Assembly (NCBI GenBank): GCA_027923505.1
Contig: BROI01000001.1
Coordinates: forward strand, 434,001-498,000
Direction: 5' to 3'
DNA length: 64,000 nt
From: Mayamaea pseudoterrestris
Taxonomy: Eukaryota
Position 1 is the stretch's first letter. Every line of letters begins with the position of its first letter. The notes below the pieces were generated by a model. That model was not told the DNA's origin. It saw only the letters and a list, made by a program, of their open reading frames with translations, and did no database searches. The position numbers and the translations under genes are program-made. Shown in pieces: positions 21,676-34,298 of the stretch.

Positions 21676-24428
21676 ATGGCGCTAAACGTTGGAATGTACC
21701 TGCGCGACAACGGGAAAGTCATCGTTTCGAGACTCATCCCGTACTGGCTTATTTCGTTGGCTGCAGCCTGGATCCTCACGTACTTTTACATGGATCAATC
21801 TGAAATCGCTTCTGACGCGTACGAGGTGAAATTTGCGGACAAGGTAAGTTTGCGCTCGCGCTCATCGCCTTGCGGGTGTCGCCATCATGCATCGACGAAA
21901 GCAAAGCATTTTGAAATGAAGCCGGTCTTGCGCATCGTAACGTAAAACTGAGTGTACTGTGACGAAGCATTGAATAAAAACTGATACCCTGCCTTCCTTA
22001 CTGCTGCAGCTATTTAAGACATTTGAAGATGAAAAGATTGTCGGGTACGGCCCAAGAATGGTCGGCTTCGTCATTCCAATGTTGTTCGCGGCATCTGTGA
22101 CTGCCTTCTTACTCACCAACACGCCGCTTCCAACTTGGCGCTTCTCTTGGGCGAACAAGCTCTTTGCAAGCATTCGACGCTTCAGAAAGGACGATGCAGA
22201 GTATGGCCGACAACTTGCCAAGAAAAACCAGTTCGCTTTGGGCGAGCCAAACTTCAACATGCTTGCTTTCTGGTTTGTCCTCTTGCCGAATCTCATCATC
22301 GGTGTTGGCATGCTTCCGCTTGAAGTCGACAAAGAGTTGGGATCCAGCGATGAACCTGACACGATCCTTGCTCGCGAGAATTGGCTGAATGTTTCAGAGC
22401 ATCTCGGTTGGGCTAGTGTTGTTGCAATGACATTCTTTTTAATCCCGGTCGCACGGCATTCAGTCCTTTTGACTGCACTTGGGTAAGTTTGAGCTTTACG
22501 CTCGGGTTTTTTTGCTTCATCTTCCAGATGAACTTTGTCTTACAAAACCATTCTTTTCCAACAGATGGTCGCCTATCCAAGCATTGCGTTTCCACATTCT
22601 GGCAGGCCACCTCGCCTTCGCCTACGCGGCTGGCCACGCAGTCACCATGTGCATTGTCTTCGGCTACGACAAGATTTCTTTGCGCGACCAGATGATCCCG
22701 AAGTCTTTTTGCTGGGGAAAGGGGGTCAATTTTACTCAAGCTGAAGACGAGCCCGACCCACCCTTGTCCGAGGATTGCGAATGGCAATGGATCAACTTGA
22801 CTGGAACATTTGCTTTCCTCGCTTTCATGATTCTTTGGGGAACCAGTGTCAACTGGGTGCGTCGCGCAAACTATCGTCTCTTTTACGTCTGTCACGTCAT
22901 TTTCGGTACGCTCATGCTTCTTGCGACCTTCCTCCATTTCGACTTCACTGGAGTGTACATGTAAGCCCAACTGATGATGAGTGCGCAATCGAAGGACAAT
23001 TTATTCGCTCGCCGACCATCTGCTCGAAGCACACGCGTCTCACATTTTGTGCGCCTCTAATCACTACGCAGGTTACCGAGTACGGCGTACTACATCGCTT
23101 CAACAGCTCCAACTTTGATCCAGTCACTTGCATCCCGCTTCCGAGGTGGAAACAAGATTGTTCGCGTGGTGAAGCTCCAGGATGCGGGCGGATGCGTCGA
23201 GGTTCATGTCGCCGCTGACAATGAAGCTGATTCCATACTAAAGAATGAAACATGCCTCTACGTCAAGCTCTGCGTTCCCAAGATTTCTTTGATCTGGCAT
23301 CCATTCACGGTCTACCGCCACACGTCTGACAACAACATTGTTCGAATTCTTTTTCGTCCTGTGGGTCCATTTACCAAGGATCTGGCCATGCACTTGACGG
23401 CGGCTGAGCGCCCGGTCACCATTTTGGACGGATTCTACCGCGGTTCGGATCGAGTTGCGCATTCACTCCACCATGACCACGTTTCCATCATCACCGGGGG
23501 CGTTGCCGTGACACCATTCCTCTCCTTCATCCCACGCCTGCTGCATGCGATCAGCCAGCAGCCAAAAGATGACCGCCTCTTGAACAGCGTCACGTTTCAC
23601 TGGGCAATCCGAGAGTCTGGATTGGAAGCGTATGTCATCAAGGAGTTTCTTCGAGGCATGATGGCCAAGGCGAATGAGATCGAAGGCTTCACTTTTGATG
23701 TCATCATTCATCGGACAGGCAGAAAGGCGATGGCTACCCTGAGCAAGGATGTGGAAAGTATTAGCGACAGTGAGCTCGCGGAGAAGACTGAAACCTTTAG
23801 CGATGAGACCAGCAGCGGCTCGGATAGTGCTGAGCTCATGAAGGAAGACGTGTCCGTCGACTCAGGAAAGGAGCATGTCAAGAGTGATGCGCCAGGATTC
23901 GCCATGTCGGTAGCTCGCACCATGCCCGCCCGCTTCTTTAAAATGCACCACAACTTGCCATACGCTGCTGGATTCGTCGGCTTCATGTGGCTTGGTGTGC
24001 ACCTAACCTTCACCCAGTATTCGTACAGAGACGACAATAACTTCGCCAGTGTCATTGGAGTGGCTTGGTATACGATCTTGTTCGTATTGTTATCCATCGT
24101 TTATGGAACGTTGGTGGAAGGGGCGGAGCTTCTTTACCGCAAGTACTTTCCGTCCCCAATGGCGGACACCTTTATCCTGGAAGACGGCAGGGTGACCGAC
24201 GCTGAGAAGGTCGCTGCAGAGCTGTTTGAGTCATCCAACATGACGGTCCGTGATGGCCGCCCCCATGTCGACTTGCTCCTCTCCGCAGCAAAACAAGCGT
24301 CGGCTCCGGGCATCTTTCTTTGCGGACCGACGGCCATGTGCGAGTCAGTTTACAAGGAAGTTCGCAAGGAAAACTCTTTCCTTGGTTTGACACGTTACTG
24401 CATTTATGATGAGCCGTTTGAAATGTAA
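21676..24428 (+). CDS. Ferric reductase / NOX-family transmembrane flavocytochrome; 4 coding exons
   Basis: Heme His pairs FHILAGH...GHA and CHV...LH, FAD motif WHPFT, DGFY, NAD motifs TGGVAVTPF and FLCGP, EPFEM end. Introns 21844-22009, 22483-22564, 22961-23071. Confidence 0.92.
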
Positions 24429-25816
24429 ATGAGCTGAGTTCCATTCTTACTTTGCTCAAATAAGTGCAAGTATAAAGGCTTCGCGTTGTAGCAACACTTA
24501 TATCTGTGTAGTTTTGAATCTAGCTCAGTACATGAAGCCGCAGTCGCCTTGATGGGATGCCTCACGTAGATTGCAAGATGTACATCTCCAACCAACCTCA
24601 ACAATAGACACATCATGTAATTGCTCGTCCGTTTCAAAAAAGTTATGACGTACGCAAAAACGAACTTGTGAAAGCTCTCGAAAAAGGCCAACGTAAAGGT
24701 ACAGGTCGGAGAGACACATCTGATGCGAAGAAGGTGTACACGGAAGCAATGACTAGCAGCTGCGTCGCGAGGCGACTTTGCCGCGAACAACAAATGAACA
24801 TTGCTGCGCTTTCGATTTAAACTGAGCTCTCGAAACACATTGGGCGGATCAGCTCACAGATACACAGATATAAAACACGTCGTCGATAGCCGTTCTGATA
24901 CCAGTACTGCTGCTGAAAATCGGTGGCGTGTTCCGTCGATTCGGGTGTGAGTGACAAAATCAAGCTACCATTTCTACCTGCTGCATATATACATGTCTAG
25001 TTTCTGCGCTTCCAGAAATGATGCGTGTCTATTGGCGAAACCGTCGTCTCCTGCTGCCAATAAAGCTGTCAGCTGCCGTGATGCATCAATCAAAGCTTGG
25101 CAGCAACCCTTATTCATGGAAGTCCTCGCCTCAAAAACTGCTTGCGATTGTTGATGTATGTCGGTTGGTAGCTTCGCTGAAGGCTAAAGGCGATCAAAGA
25201 GACAGCTTCTTGGCTGACGGCTTTCTGGAGCAGTCGTCATTCGCTGATAGTTGTTACAGCAATCTCCTCTTGGCATGTGTGTCGAACCAACTGCATACTG
25301 GTAGGCTGTTTTTTAATGTGCTTGATAGCGGGCAGTCGATGTGCAAGGTACAGGTTGTTGTACTGACAAGTACTACATGACAAATTCTCATCATGGTGAT
25401 GCTCCCGTCACCTTCCAAATCGCCGGCGTTTCGTACAATCGTACCGGCACTCAAAAGCCTCTCAATTTTGTCTACGATCGTACTGATCGATCCAGTGTGA
25501 GGTCGTGGGCGTTGACAATCGGCGTAGTCTTGCCTGCGAATCGGCTGCGAAAGGGCAATACACTATGACTCATACATGACCAGTCTGGACGTCGAAACAT
25601 GCATCGGTCGTGCCTGAGCAGGATTGGAACGAGCCAGATTGTACAATACGAGCTATAGTAACTTTGGTAGGGGGTCGTGGCCCCTCACAAATTCGATCAT
25701 CCTCTTGGGATTTATGAGCCACCTTCGTCACAACATTTTCTCCCATCAACGTCCATAAAGCAGCAAAGAAAGAGACTTGAAGCAGATCATAACAGCCGAA
25801 AGGCAATTTTGCGAAC

Positions 25817-26578
25817 ATGGCAGACTTGTCTAGCCGCACTCATGCCTATCAAATCGCTCTGGCCTTGAACAACATTGGAATCACTTTGCTGGAACAGAAT
25901 TGCTTCACGCAAGCACGGAAAACGTTCCATGATGCTATGCATGTCATTCAAGCATCATTCTTGCCGTCATCAAATCAATCCAAATGTTATTGCTCTGCGA
26001 AATCTAAAGACAAGAAGCTCTCAAATGCAAGGCAGCGACTCATGCATCCAGAACTCGAACAAGCATTTTCGCCACTCACGGTCGCAATTCAAGTATTAAC
26101 GTACGATTCTACTTTACTGACCGGCTTTCAAACATTGATTCCTTCCAAACTTGACTCGCATTGCATGTACACTTTCTTTCCATTGCGCATTGAAATGGTT
26201 GATGCGTTTCGAGACGACCTTGACTACCGTCAACCTGATTTGGAGTCGTCCATCATGGTGGCTAATTTCGGAATTGCCAACTTTTTGTTGGCACTTCAGC
26301 AGTCACACACTCCTAGTCGGTATCTTCAGATTGCTGAAACATGCTTTAACATGGCTTACAGTATTGTCGAGCGCGAAACACGTCGACCATGCGACGTGTA
26401 CAGCCCAACTCGACTGACCTTGGCACTCATCATGGTGAGCGGTAACCTGCAGCTTGGCCACGAGTGCAAGCAAACGCTCAAATATTTTCAAACGAGATAC
26501 GCCGAGCTACGAAACCAAATTGAAGTCTTGTTCAAGAATGAGGTTTTGTTCACTTCGCGAGTGGCGCCAGCAGCATGA
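25817..26578 (+). CDS. Hypothetical protein (diatom 'ALNNIGITLL' helical-repeat family)
   Basis: 253-aa ORF; N-terminal IALALNNIGITLL and terminal APAA are typical of a family seen in diatom proteomes. Confidence 0.7.
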   Translation: MADLSSRTHAYQIALALNNIGITLLEQNCFTQARKTFHDAMHVIQASFLPSSNQSKCYCSAKSKDKKLSNARQRLMHPELEQAFSPLTVAIQVLTYDSTLLTGFQTLIPSKLDSHCMYTFFPLRIEMVDAFRDDLDYRQPDLESSIMVANFGIANFLLALQQSHTPSRYLQIAETCFNMAYSIVERETRRPCDVYSPTRLTLALIMVSGNLQLGHECKQTLKYFQTRYAELRNQIEVLFKNEVLFTSRVAPAA

Positions 26579-26677
26579 TCGCAGTCGACGGCAGTGTGAA
26601 ACAGACGCATAGTGCTGACAGTTACAAGACGTAGCTATTTTGTTATAAAGAAGAATCGCATGTAATAACATGTTCTA

Positions 26678-27871
26678 TCACTTTACTCGTAGCTTTACAA
26701 ATCTATCTCGGCCAAAAATGTCGCGAATAGTCTCCACGTATTCAACCTTCTCATCGCAAATACTTCGTATTAATTTTGGCTGGCTAGGATCGACTTCCAT
26801 CCAGCAGAATGCACCAGGTTTGGCCCAAAGTGGTAATCGCTCAATTATATCACGAATTACTTTCATCCCATCCTCCCCTGCGACTAGCGCATCGGCGCTT
26901 TCGTAACGTTTGACAGTAGGATGCAAGTCGTTGTAGTCAGCTTGAGGAATGTACGGAGGATTGGAAACAATGAAATCGTACATGGACCCGTCAGCATCAA
27001 GCTGATAGTCATTTGCGGAAACAAGTGCTACGGAGTAGGTCTCGCTCCATGCTGGCCCCAATACTCGCTCTGCGTTTCGTTTAGAGGTACGCACGGCAAT
27101 GGGTTCAATATCCAATGCATGAACCGTTAAGTCATTTTCAAGCAACGCAGCGGCAATGGAAATGCCAAGACATCCAGTCCCGGCTCCAATGTCCAGAATT
27201 CGAATAGGTGCATGATCATTATCGCAGCGTGATGCTCCTTTCCTACGAAACTCTGTAATGTCTGCAACAGCAAGCTCCACCAATTGTTCCGTCTCGGGCC
27301 GAGGACATAGAAGCGGCGGTTGAATGTAGAAGGTATGCTTGTAAAAGTCCCATTGACCGACCAAGTATTGTATAGGCTCGTGCTGCAACCGCCTTTGCAA
27401 AAGATGAGCAAAATGTTGAGCCTCTGCTGCAGTCAATGTTCGACTGGCCAGCAGACTCGACGTGGATGACGTACTTTGCAGAATGGATTGAAGGTCGCGA
27501 AAGCCTGATTCCCATGGTAGATTAAGACAAGCTGCAAGAATATTCGTTACAGAAAGATCTGGTTCGTCAATGTCATTCTCTTGTAGTAGATTATGACTTA
27601 GCTGCAATGCTTGCGACACAGTGTGTCCAGCATAGAACGTCGTCTCGTCAACGGAAAAGCTTCTCATCAAGTTGCTGTCGCTTGAAGACGCGGAAAGTTG
27701 AATATAGGCATGACATTTGCTTCTTCTTTCTTTCGAAAACGTATTTACACGCATGGAGACGCTTCGATACGACCTGACAGCTGTTAGAAAGGCATGGCTG
27801 CAGCGTATCGACCGTGACATGGACATCATGATTGTTGGCAGCATCCGCAAGCATCGAAGTTGACCTCTCAT
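26678..27871 (-). CDS. prmC: Release factor glutamine N5-methyltransferase (PrmC/HemK), organelle-targeted
   Basis: RRLQHEPIQYLVG, LCPRPETE, ILDIGAGTGC, VSNPPYI, DIFGRDRFV; N-terminal extension. Confidence 0.92.
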   Translation of the reverse strand: MRGQLRCLRMLPTIMMSMSRSIRCSHAFLTAVRSYRSVSMRVNTFSKERRSKCHAYIQLSASSSDSNLMRSFSVDETTFYAGHTVSQALQLSHNLLQENDIDEPDLSVTNILAACLNLPWESGFRDLQSILQSTSSTSSLLASRTLTAAEAQHFAHLLQRRLQHEPIQYLVGQWDFYKHTFYIQPPLLCPRPETEQLVELAVADITEFRRKGASRCDNDHAPIRILDIGAGTGCLGISIAAALLENDLTVHALDIEPIAVRTSKRNAERVLGPAWSETYSVALVSANDYQLDADGSMYDFIVSNPPYIPQADYNDLHPTVKRYESADALVAGEDGMKVIRDIIERLPLWAKPGAFCWMEVDPSQPKLIRSICDEKVEYVETIRDIFGRDRFVKLRVK

Positions 27872-28204
27872 CCGCGTCTTGATGGCTAAGATTTGCTTCT
27901 ATATGTATAAGATATACCCAGTCCGTGTGTTTTCAGCGTCCAATCTGCATCCAAAGTGTCCAAGGAAGTGTGATGCATGGAAGGAGAAAGGTTTTGCTCC
28001 GTCGAATGTGATCAGTGAGAAGTGGTGCGACATCCGTTTCTTTTGCAAGAGGCAAGTTTAGCATCTACGTATTTGTTTGGCACCAAGAATTTACTCTATC
28101 GACCAGCTTCAAGCTACAATGAAGTCAATATCTATTTTAGCATGACATCGCAGCAAATGTTGCCGCGGAGATCCAACTATGCCTACTTTGCCAACACTCT
28201 TCAT

Positions 28205-28978
28205 TCAAAGCAAGCCATTCTCCGACGCATAGTACTTATGCGTCGCATAGTCGACTCCTACAGCCTCCCACGACATTAGTCTCAATGCAGCTGCAATGGC
28301 ATTGATTCGCTTGGCATTGACGCCATAATCCAGATAGCCAAGGCGCGAGGCCGATCGTACCTGCACTTGTCGGTTTTTGTAGCGCTTGTCGTTGATGACG
28401 GCGAACTCAACGTCATCAATGTAACCATTCTTCATTGATTCAAATTGAACGTAAATGTAGTCGGAAGTTGCCGTCTTAATTTCAAAGCCGCCGCCGTCGA
28501 CTTGTGGAGTCGGCTGGTAAGCTTCAAGGACGGCTTTGAGTTCGTTCATGGCGGTGGCTTGATCCATGTTTTGCGGCCATGTAAAGGGTGGAATCGAGTG
28601 TTCAGAATCTTCGTTCGGCAATGACGTTGAGCAAAAGCAATCGGGAGCTGCTTTGCATGGCTTTAAACCAAGATATGTGCCTGCATCATCATCGTCGTCG
28701 TCATTCATGAGCAACGATTCACGCTCTATTACGCCCAGGCCAGAGGGTTTGGATCCTCGTTGCTTCGGTCGATCGTCATACTTATTGGAAATCTTGTTGG
28801 GAAACGCACTCGCAGACTGTGCTCCAATGCAGTGTTGATTGTCAATAGCAGCAACGAATGCGGCCGACGATGTTGCGCCACATACTGCCGCGAATGCTTG
28901 GCGTCGAGTGGACAAGAGTGAGCTTGATAAAGCTGATACACAAGAAGCTACTAGAGCTGCTACTAAAAAGAATCTCAT
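28205..28978 (-). CDS. DUF1499-family protein, probably plastid/thylakoid lumen
   Basis: Signal peptide plus RR and ASA lumenal-type presequence. Motifs LKPCKAAPDCFCST, GYIDDVEF, VRSASRLGYLDYGVNAKRI. Confidence 0.85.
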   Translation of the reverse strand: MRFFLVAALVASCVSALSSSLLSTRRQAFAAVCGATSSAAFVAAIDNQHCIGAQSASAFPNKISNKYDDRPKQRGSKPSGLGVIERESLLMNDDDDDDAGTYLGLKPCKAAPDCFCSTSLPNEDSEHSIPPFTWPQNMDQATAMNELKAVLEAYQPTPQVDGGGFEIKTATSDYIYVQFESMKNGYIDDVEFAVINDKRYKNRQVQVRSASRLGYLDYGVNAKRINAIAAALRLMSWEAVGVDYATHKYYASENGLL

Positions 28979-29207
28979 GATCTGGTGTGTGGCTTGTCCA
29001 TATGCACAGGATGCGACAACATGAAATTGGCTGTCGTCGAAGAAAATAATGATCACACCTTCGTCAGGTTAAAGCCGATGCGACGTCTAGCTAAGCAATC
29101 GAAACCTAGCAATGGTGTACCGGAGAACTTTCTAGCTACGCTAATAGCGACGACTAAATATCGATTCTCTACGTATTTTTTGGCTAAAGCAGAATGTTAT
29201 ATGCATA

Positions 29208-31013
29208 CTAATATCCTTGGCCAGAATTGTTCAATCCCTGGTCTCGTTGAAGAACACATTGTATTTGATGCATCAAATCCGTGTTGCGACTGGTCGGTGA
29301 TCGTTGCTGTTCAACCGCGAGGAGCTGCCCCAGCTCGTGCCTAGGAAACGTAGAATTGCTATTTGACTGATGCTGTGATGGCGGCGCGCTGTTCGTCTCC
29401 TGCTGCTGATACTGCGAAGGCAAGGGCGCAAAGCGATTCAATGGCGGCATTGGTGCCGGGCGAAGCAAGTTGTTTGCTGTATGCACTGCACCGCCTTGGT
29501 TCAGAGCTTCCATGTGCTGCAGACGTTGTAGATCTTGTTGCCTGTGAAGATCTTGTTGCTGTAGATATTGAAGTTCCTGCTGCTGCAAATGCTGCTGCTG
29601 ATAATGATGTTGATACTGCTGTTGCTGCAACTGTAGGCGAAGCTGCGCATCTTCCAGTACGGCGCGTCGGCGAAGTTCCTCCAAAATTGCTGGAGTCGAC
29701 AGCTGACTTGCCCCTGCCGCTTCATGTAACGCGTTCATTGCATTCGTCTGAGGCTGAGCCAAGTGGTTGCTCCAAGGCATTGCTGCTGATGGGTTCACTT
29801 GCGTTATCAGCTCATTTGGCATTGCGTGAGGAGGAAAGGGAAGCGGATGTTGAGGTTGTCGTATCATGGGCGGGAGTTGCCGCATTGCATGTTGCGACTG
29901 CATGGCAAGAAAGGCTGGCGAGCAATTGAATTGTCTCTGACCCGAATTGTCACCAATGAGTGGGTTCCATGCTGTCTCGCTACCTCGCAATGTTGTCAAG
30001 TTGTATGCGTGATGTGCCATTGATTCATGCGGAGTCGCCGCTGCGAGAACCGCACGTTCAATGGTGGGTGGCATGGCTAGTTCGTCCTCGTACATTGCGG
30101 ATTGACGCTTTGCGGAAGGCTTGCCATCATCGTCTGCGGATCGCTTGACTCCTTGCCGACGATCTGGAGTGGACAGTGGAGCATTTACTTGAGTAAAATC
30201 GAATCCAATACTAGCAAGCTTTCCTAATTGTTCCTTGCGAAGCTCCTTCTTGTGCAGTGGAAGTCGAACCGCCCACCGGCCGAGGTAACTGTCCTGTGGA
30301 ACTTGAAAATGACCATGAGAGCGCCGAAAGACAGCAAGCGCTTGAAAGAGACGACCCCAGGCTTCATTGTTGGTAACCCAGTTGAATCCAATCGAGTCTA
30401 GCTTGGCCATGCGGTCTGTTTGCAACGTATTCTTGCGAAAACGCATGCGCTGCGTGCGGCACCAGTTGCGGAGTGGAACGAGCTCATTCAATGGATTCTT
30501 GTATTGGTAATCTGCAAAGACACGAGTATGACCATATTCCTCCTTGAACTGAATCAAGTGTTGATAATACTCGTCCCAGATGTCTGACCGTGTCTGTTTC
30601 CACTCAAAGCCAATGGCATCGAGAGCTTCCTTCTCGTGCGCTGGCAGCTGATTCTTGTGGAACTGCAGACGCTTATTGTTGGCCCACCGAGCAAGTGATC
30701 TGTACTCCTTCATTTCAGCTGTCAGAGGAACATTGCAGTGTCCTGTTTCGCGCTTGTAGTCCTGGAGCTCTTGGAGACGCTTGCGCCAAGCCTCCAAGGA
30801 GCGCTTCTCGTGAAAGCTCAACGTTTTGCTGTCCTTGTCGTCGACGCTGCCCGAAGATTTTTCGTCAGCTTCATCCTCCCTGACAATGTTTGGAGGCGAC
30901 TTTTGCGGCGCTGCTTTATTTTCATTGTCATCGCTGCAGTCTTCATCACTATTACTGCTGCTCCCGGAACTGCTGCCATCGGTTGACTCATCGTTTCCCT
31001 TGTTCCTGTTCAT
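29208..31013 (-). CDS. Helicase-associated (HA) repeat protein with Q/P-rich C-terminus
   Basis: Three W...L..YK...GH..VP...L..W...R...LD.IGF.W repeats; no helicase motifs. Confidence 0.85.
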   Translation of the reverse strand: MNRNKGNDESTDGSSSGSSSNSDEDCSDDNENKAAPQKSPPNIVREDEADEKSSGSVDDKDSKTLSFHEKRSLEAWRKRLQELQDYKRETGHCNVPLTAEMKEYRSLARWANNKRLQFHKNQLPAHEKEALDAIGFEWKQTRSDIWDEYYQHLIQFKEEYGHTRVFADYQYKNPLNELVPLRNWCRTQRMRFRKNTLQTDRMAKLDSIGFNWVTNNEAWGRLFQALAVFRRSHGHFQVPQDSYLGRWAVRLPLHKKELRKEQLGKLASIGFDFTQVNAPLSTPDRRQGVKRSADDDGKPSAKRQSAMYEDELAMPPTIERAVLAAATPHESMAHHAYNLTTLRGSETAWNPLIGDNSGQRQFNCSPAFLAMQSQHAMRQLPPMIRQPQHPLPFPPHAMPNELITQVNPSAAMPWSNHLAQPQTNAMNALHEAAGASQLSTPAILEELRRRAVLEDAQLRLQLQQQQYQHHYQQQHLQQQELQYLQQQDLHRQQDLQRLQHMEALNQGGAVHTANNLLRPAPMPPLNRFAPLPSQYQQQETNSAPPSQHQSNSNSTFPRHELGQLLAVEQQRSPTSRNTDLMHQIQCVLQRDQGLNNSGQGY

Positions 31014-32200
31014 TTCCTTGCTTGCTTGCTTGCTTGCTTGCTTACTACTTCCTTGTGATTGCAAAGTAATAACTGTTGCAGCAATCCTCGCTTTGCTGAT
31101 TATTTGATCAGCTTCCAGAGTTTGGTTCATGTGCGATTAAGCAAGTGTCGCGATGCCACAAGTGTTGTTATGATCTCTAATCACTCGTCGACGGGCGTCC
31201 GTGTGGCAGGAGGTGAAATATCGAAAGGAACCTGTCGAACCGATGATTCACAAGACTGTTATAATATAAGCCCGTTGCTTATTCAGGGTACCGGGGCAAT
31301 ACAACAAGTTAGCTACTGTCATCTTCCAATATGCCAGTGACTGACAGCACCACGTTGGCGTGTCAACGAGGCTTTTTATTAAGCTCAAGCGCGTGATATA
31401 TTTACGCCCTTTGGTTCATTCTTCAATGTCATGACCCATCTTCCCGAGGTTCGACCGAAGCTTGGGACAGGAACGGCCGCACGATCTGATCCTGGAGCTT
31501 CCCCACTGGAACATGGCAGCGAGTGGCGCCGCTTTTTCGTCGACTTACTCCGCAACTTTCGTGTCAAACATGACCCAGTGATGGCGTTGGCTCGCTTGTG
31601 GCTATTGTAATCCTGCATGAAGCGTCGGGCGAAACGGGAGAAAGGAAACGTTGTGAGGTGTTATCATCGACACGGCGACGCAGCTTATTGTGAGCTACCC
31701 ATTGACTATACAAGTACCTCGTCAGTCAGTCGACTCTTATATGTAGTACTGGACTATGTAGTGACATAAGAAGCATGTCCGTACAGCCTACTCATTCTTA
31801 TTGTAAATGATTTGCCGAGTCTTTTGGGCTAACAGATCGCACTTTGACCTATAGCATATGAACCGATAGAACTTGTCCTTTACCAGGCCATCTTTTCTGA
31901 CTCCACATACAAACGCAGCTGAGAACGTTTACATGGGAAACGAGTACAAAGTATTTAAACTTGGTACCATTGCTTGTGCTCTGCAGACAGCGTAATAGGT
32001 GCTCCCGTTTCGCACCTCATGTTCTCGCAGCTGTGACATTCGCATGTCTCAAAGTGACTCATGACGTCATGATCCAAGAGGTTCGGAATTTTTAGCGTTC
32101 GGCGTCGCATCTGCCTTTGGCTTCCTCCAATGGGATCCACATGGACAGACATCCAAGTTCACCTTGCAATCACAGCAAGAAATCATACCAATACACAACT

Positions 32201-32464
32201 ATGCAGCTCTCCATTCTCTGTTTCATTCTTTACATTGCATCCGTCAATGCCCTCGGTATGAGCAATGTCTTTGGCATTCTAGGCGAGCGACGAAAGCGCG
32301 TCGAGCAAGTCCAGCACGCCCGAGAGCGTTACGCCGCCAAGCATGGATATGCCGGTCCCAACGGCGAGCCACTGACGGCAGAGGAGTATTTGGAATTGAG
32401 CAAGAGGCATCGAGGCCTGGCTGGAGTAGTACAAGGATGGATGCGAAAGTTTCCGCGAGCGTAG
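32201..32464 (+). CDS. Small protein with signal peptide
   Basis: 87 aa; MQLSILCFILYIASVNA signal peptide followed by a basic mature region. Confidence 0.55.
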   Translation: MQLSILCFILYIASVNALGMSNVFGILGERRKRVEQVQHARERYAAKHGYAGPNGEPLTAEEYLELSKRHRGLAGVVQGWMRKFPRA

Positions 32465-33070
32465 CATGTGAAAGAAACGGATGATTTGGGGTTTAGAATT
32501 TGCATACCAACTGATTCGTGGATGGCTCTTGAACTCGATTGAATCCTTGCTTTGGATCCAAAGATCCTGTAGTAGAGCTCAACATATATGTACGCAGGCG
32601 AATCGGGTTGCGAAATTAAAAGTAAAACAAATTTGGTATTGACTTGCAATCGCATTGCGTTTAGAAAGTGGCGAGTTCATCAAGATTAAGCAATCAAAGT
32701 ATTGTAGGCAATGTAGCCTCGTTCGAGACGGTGGCAATACTAATAGAAACGAGCCTGGCGAAATGATCGTCTTTGTTGAACATCTCGCGTCGACTTTTCC
32801 ATTCACTGATGCGATCGTTGATCGAAGCTTGATCGTTTGAGATTCTCTACTCGTTCGGCTATTGCCAATCGCGCATCAAAATATGGTTTACTCGTAGCTT
32901 ATATTTTGTTACAGTATAGTTAAAGAGGTGTGGGCTTCCATGTCTCTTGCATTGGGCGACGATTGACTTAAAACACCAAGCAACGACACTTTCGACCAAC
33001 CCACTCACATCATGTTCGCACGCACGAGCTGACATGCCCTCCATTGCATTAATCCCTTGCCTCTTCCACT

Positions 33071-33877
33071 TTACTGACTAGCCGCTGGCTTGGTAACATC
33101 TCCCTTTTCGCGATAAAGCTTGACAACGTCATCATCACACTGCTTCAAAATGAATTCAATCGTATCTTCAAACTCGGGAATGTTTCGCATTTCAAACTTG
33201 GCACCATCCCGCAGAAATGCCACCAAGTCGCCGTCTCCAAAGAGTCGCTTGGCCGTTCGTACTTCAATGATATCGGGATAGACAATCTCGGCCATGTCCT
33301 TGCCGCCAATACCCGATGTGACGCGAATTCGTCGCGAGGTAATCTTGTAGCGTACCCACGCCTGGCGAGCCCAGGCGGCTGCCGCTGGAATGATTCCGAC
33401 AACGGTAATGATGGATAGTGTAGGAACAATGGTTTCGGTAATAGCGGGTGGTCCTTCGTAAAAGACTTCCTCCGGTGCAAGGTTCACCTTGGGAGTGGAT
33501 CGTTTGGAGGAGGATGACTTGGAGTCGGAATCCTTCTTCTTGCCGCGCTTTGCCTGTGAAATGGAGAATAGCAAGCATGTTGTTAATAAAAGGTCATGAA
33601 CAAACAAAGCCTGTCAGATACATGTAGCGTTCATTCGTTTCGTACTGACCTTGCCAATGCTTCGTCCTAAATCCTCCACAGCTTCCACCGAAATGTCGTC
33701 GTCGTCACCACCATCAAGAGGAACAAAGGCCGATTCAGTCGTTGAGGCAGCTGCCTTGTCGTCGCTCATTCGCAGCAGACTACTGGTAGCTGGTCGAAAG
33801 CGTTGCAATGATGGAGCAAAGGCTGATGCAGTATTCCAAATCGCAAGTGCGCAGAGAAGAAGTGTGCGAGTCGTCAT
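33071..33877 (-). CDS. Plastid-targeted bacterial PH-domain (bPH_2, cyanobacterial-type) membrane protein; 2 exons
   Basis: ASAFAP cleavage motif; intron 33554-33649; EEVFYEGPP, WVRYKITSRRIRVTSGIGG, GDLV..LRDGAKFEMR. Confidence 0.85.
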
Positions 33878-34298
33878 GGTAGGCTCCTAAGAAGTATACG
33901 GTAGTCGAAGAGAGAGTGAGTAGCAAAGTGAGCTTTATTCTCTCATCAACATGTTATTGTTGCATATACAGCCATCATGAAACAGGTCAGCTTGGGCGTC
34001 AAGTCAGCGCGCTTCCATGGTGAGAAACGTCACTGCAAGCTGCGATGCATGAGTACACAAGTAGCGGTAAGACAATATTATTTAGTACCGCTACGACTCA
34101 TGTCGACATTTTTTTCGTCGCAGAATTCGTCGCGGAAAAATTTCAAACCAAAATTCTAATGACCGCGATGAGTGTGACCAACTGTCACTCACAGCGGCTT
34201 CCTTACACTCGAGAAACGAGTTACAGGATCTAGTTTCGTATAAAATAAGTAGAAGTGGCAGCAAGTAGATACGAGAAGTAGTATCAAGTGTCATCATT

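Noticed and set aside
24430..25816. Short ORFs in the longer intergenic gaps (also 9460-10360, 20720-21580, 31130-32200)
   Set aside because: I found no recognisable motif, splice model or RNA gene, so these gaps are left unannotated.
31018..31043. (GCTT)n microsatellite and CAG/GCA tracts elsewhere
   Set aside because: These are ordinary short simple repeats in UTRs or poly-Q/A tracts.
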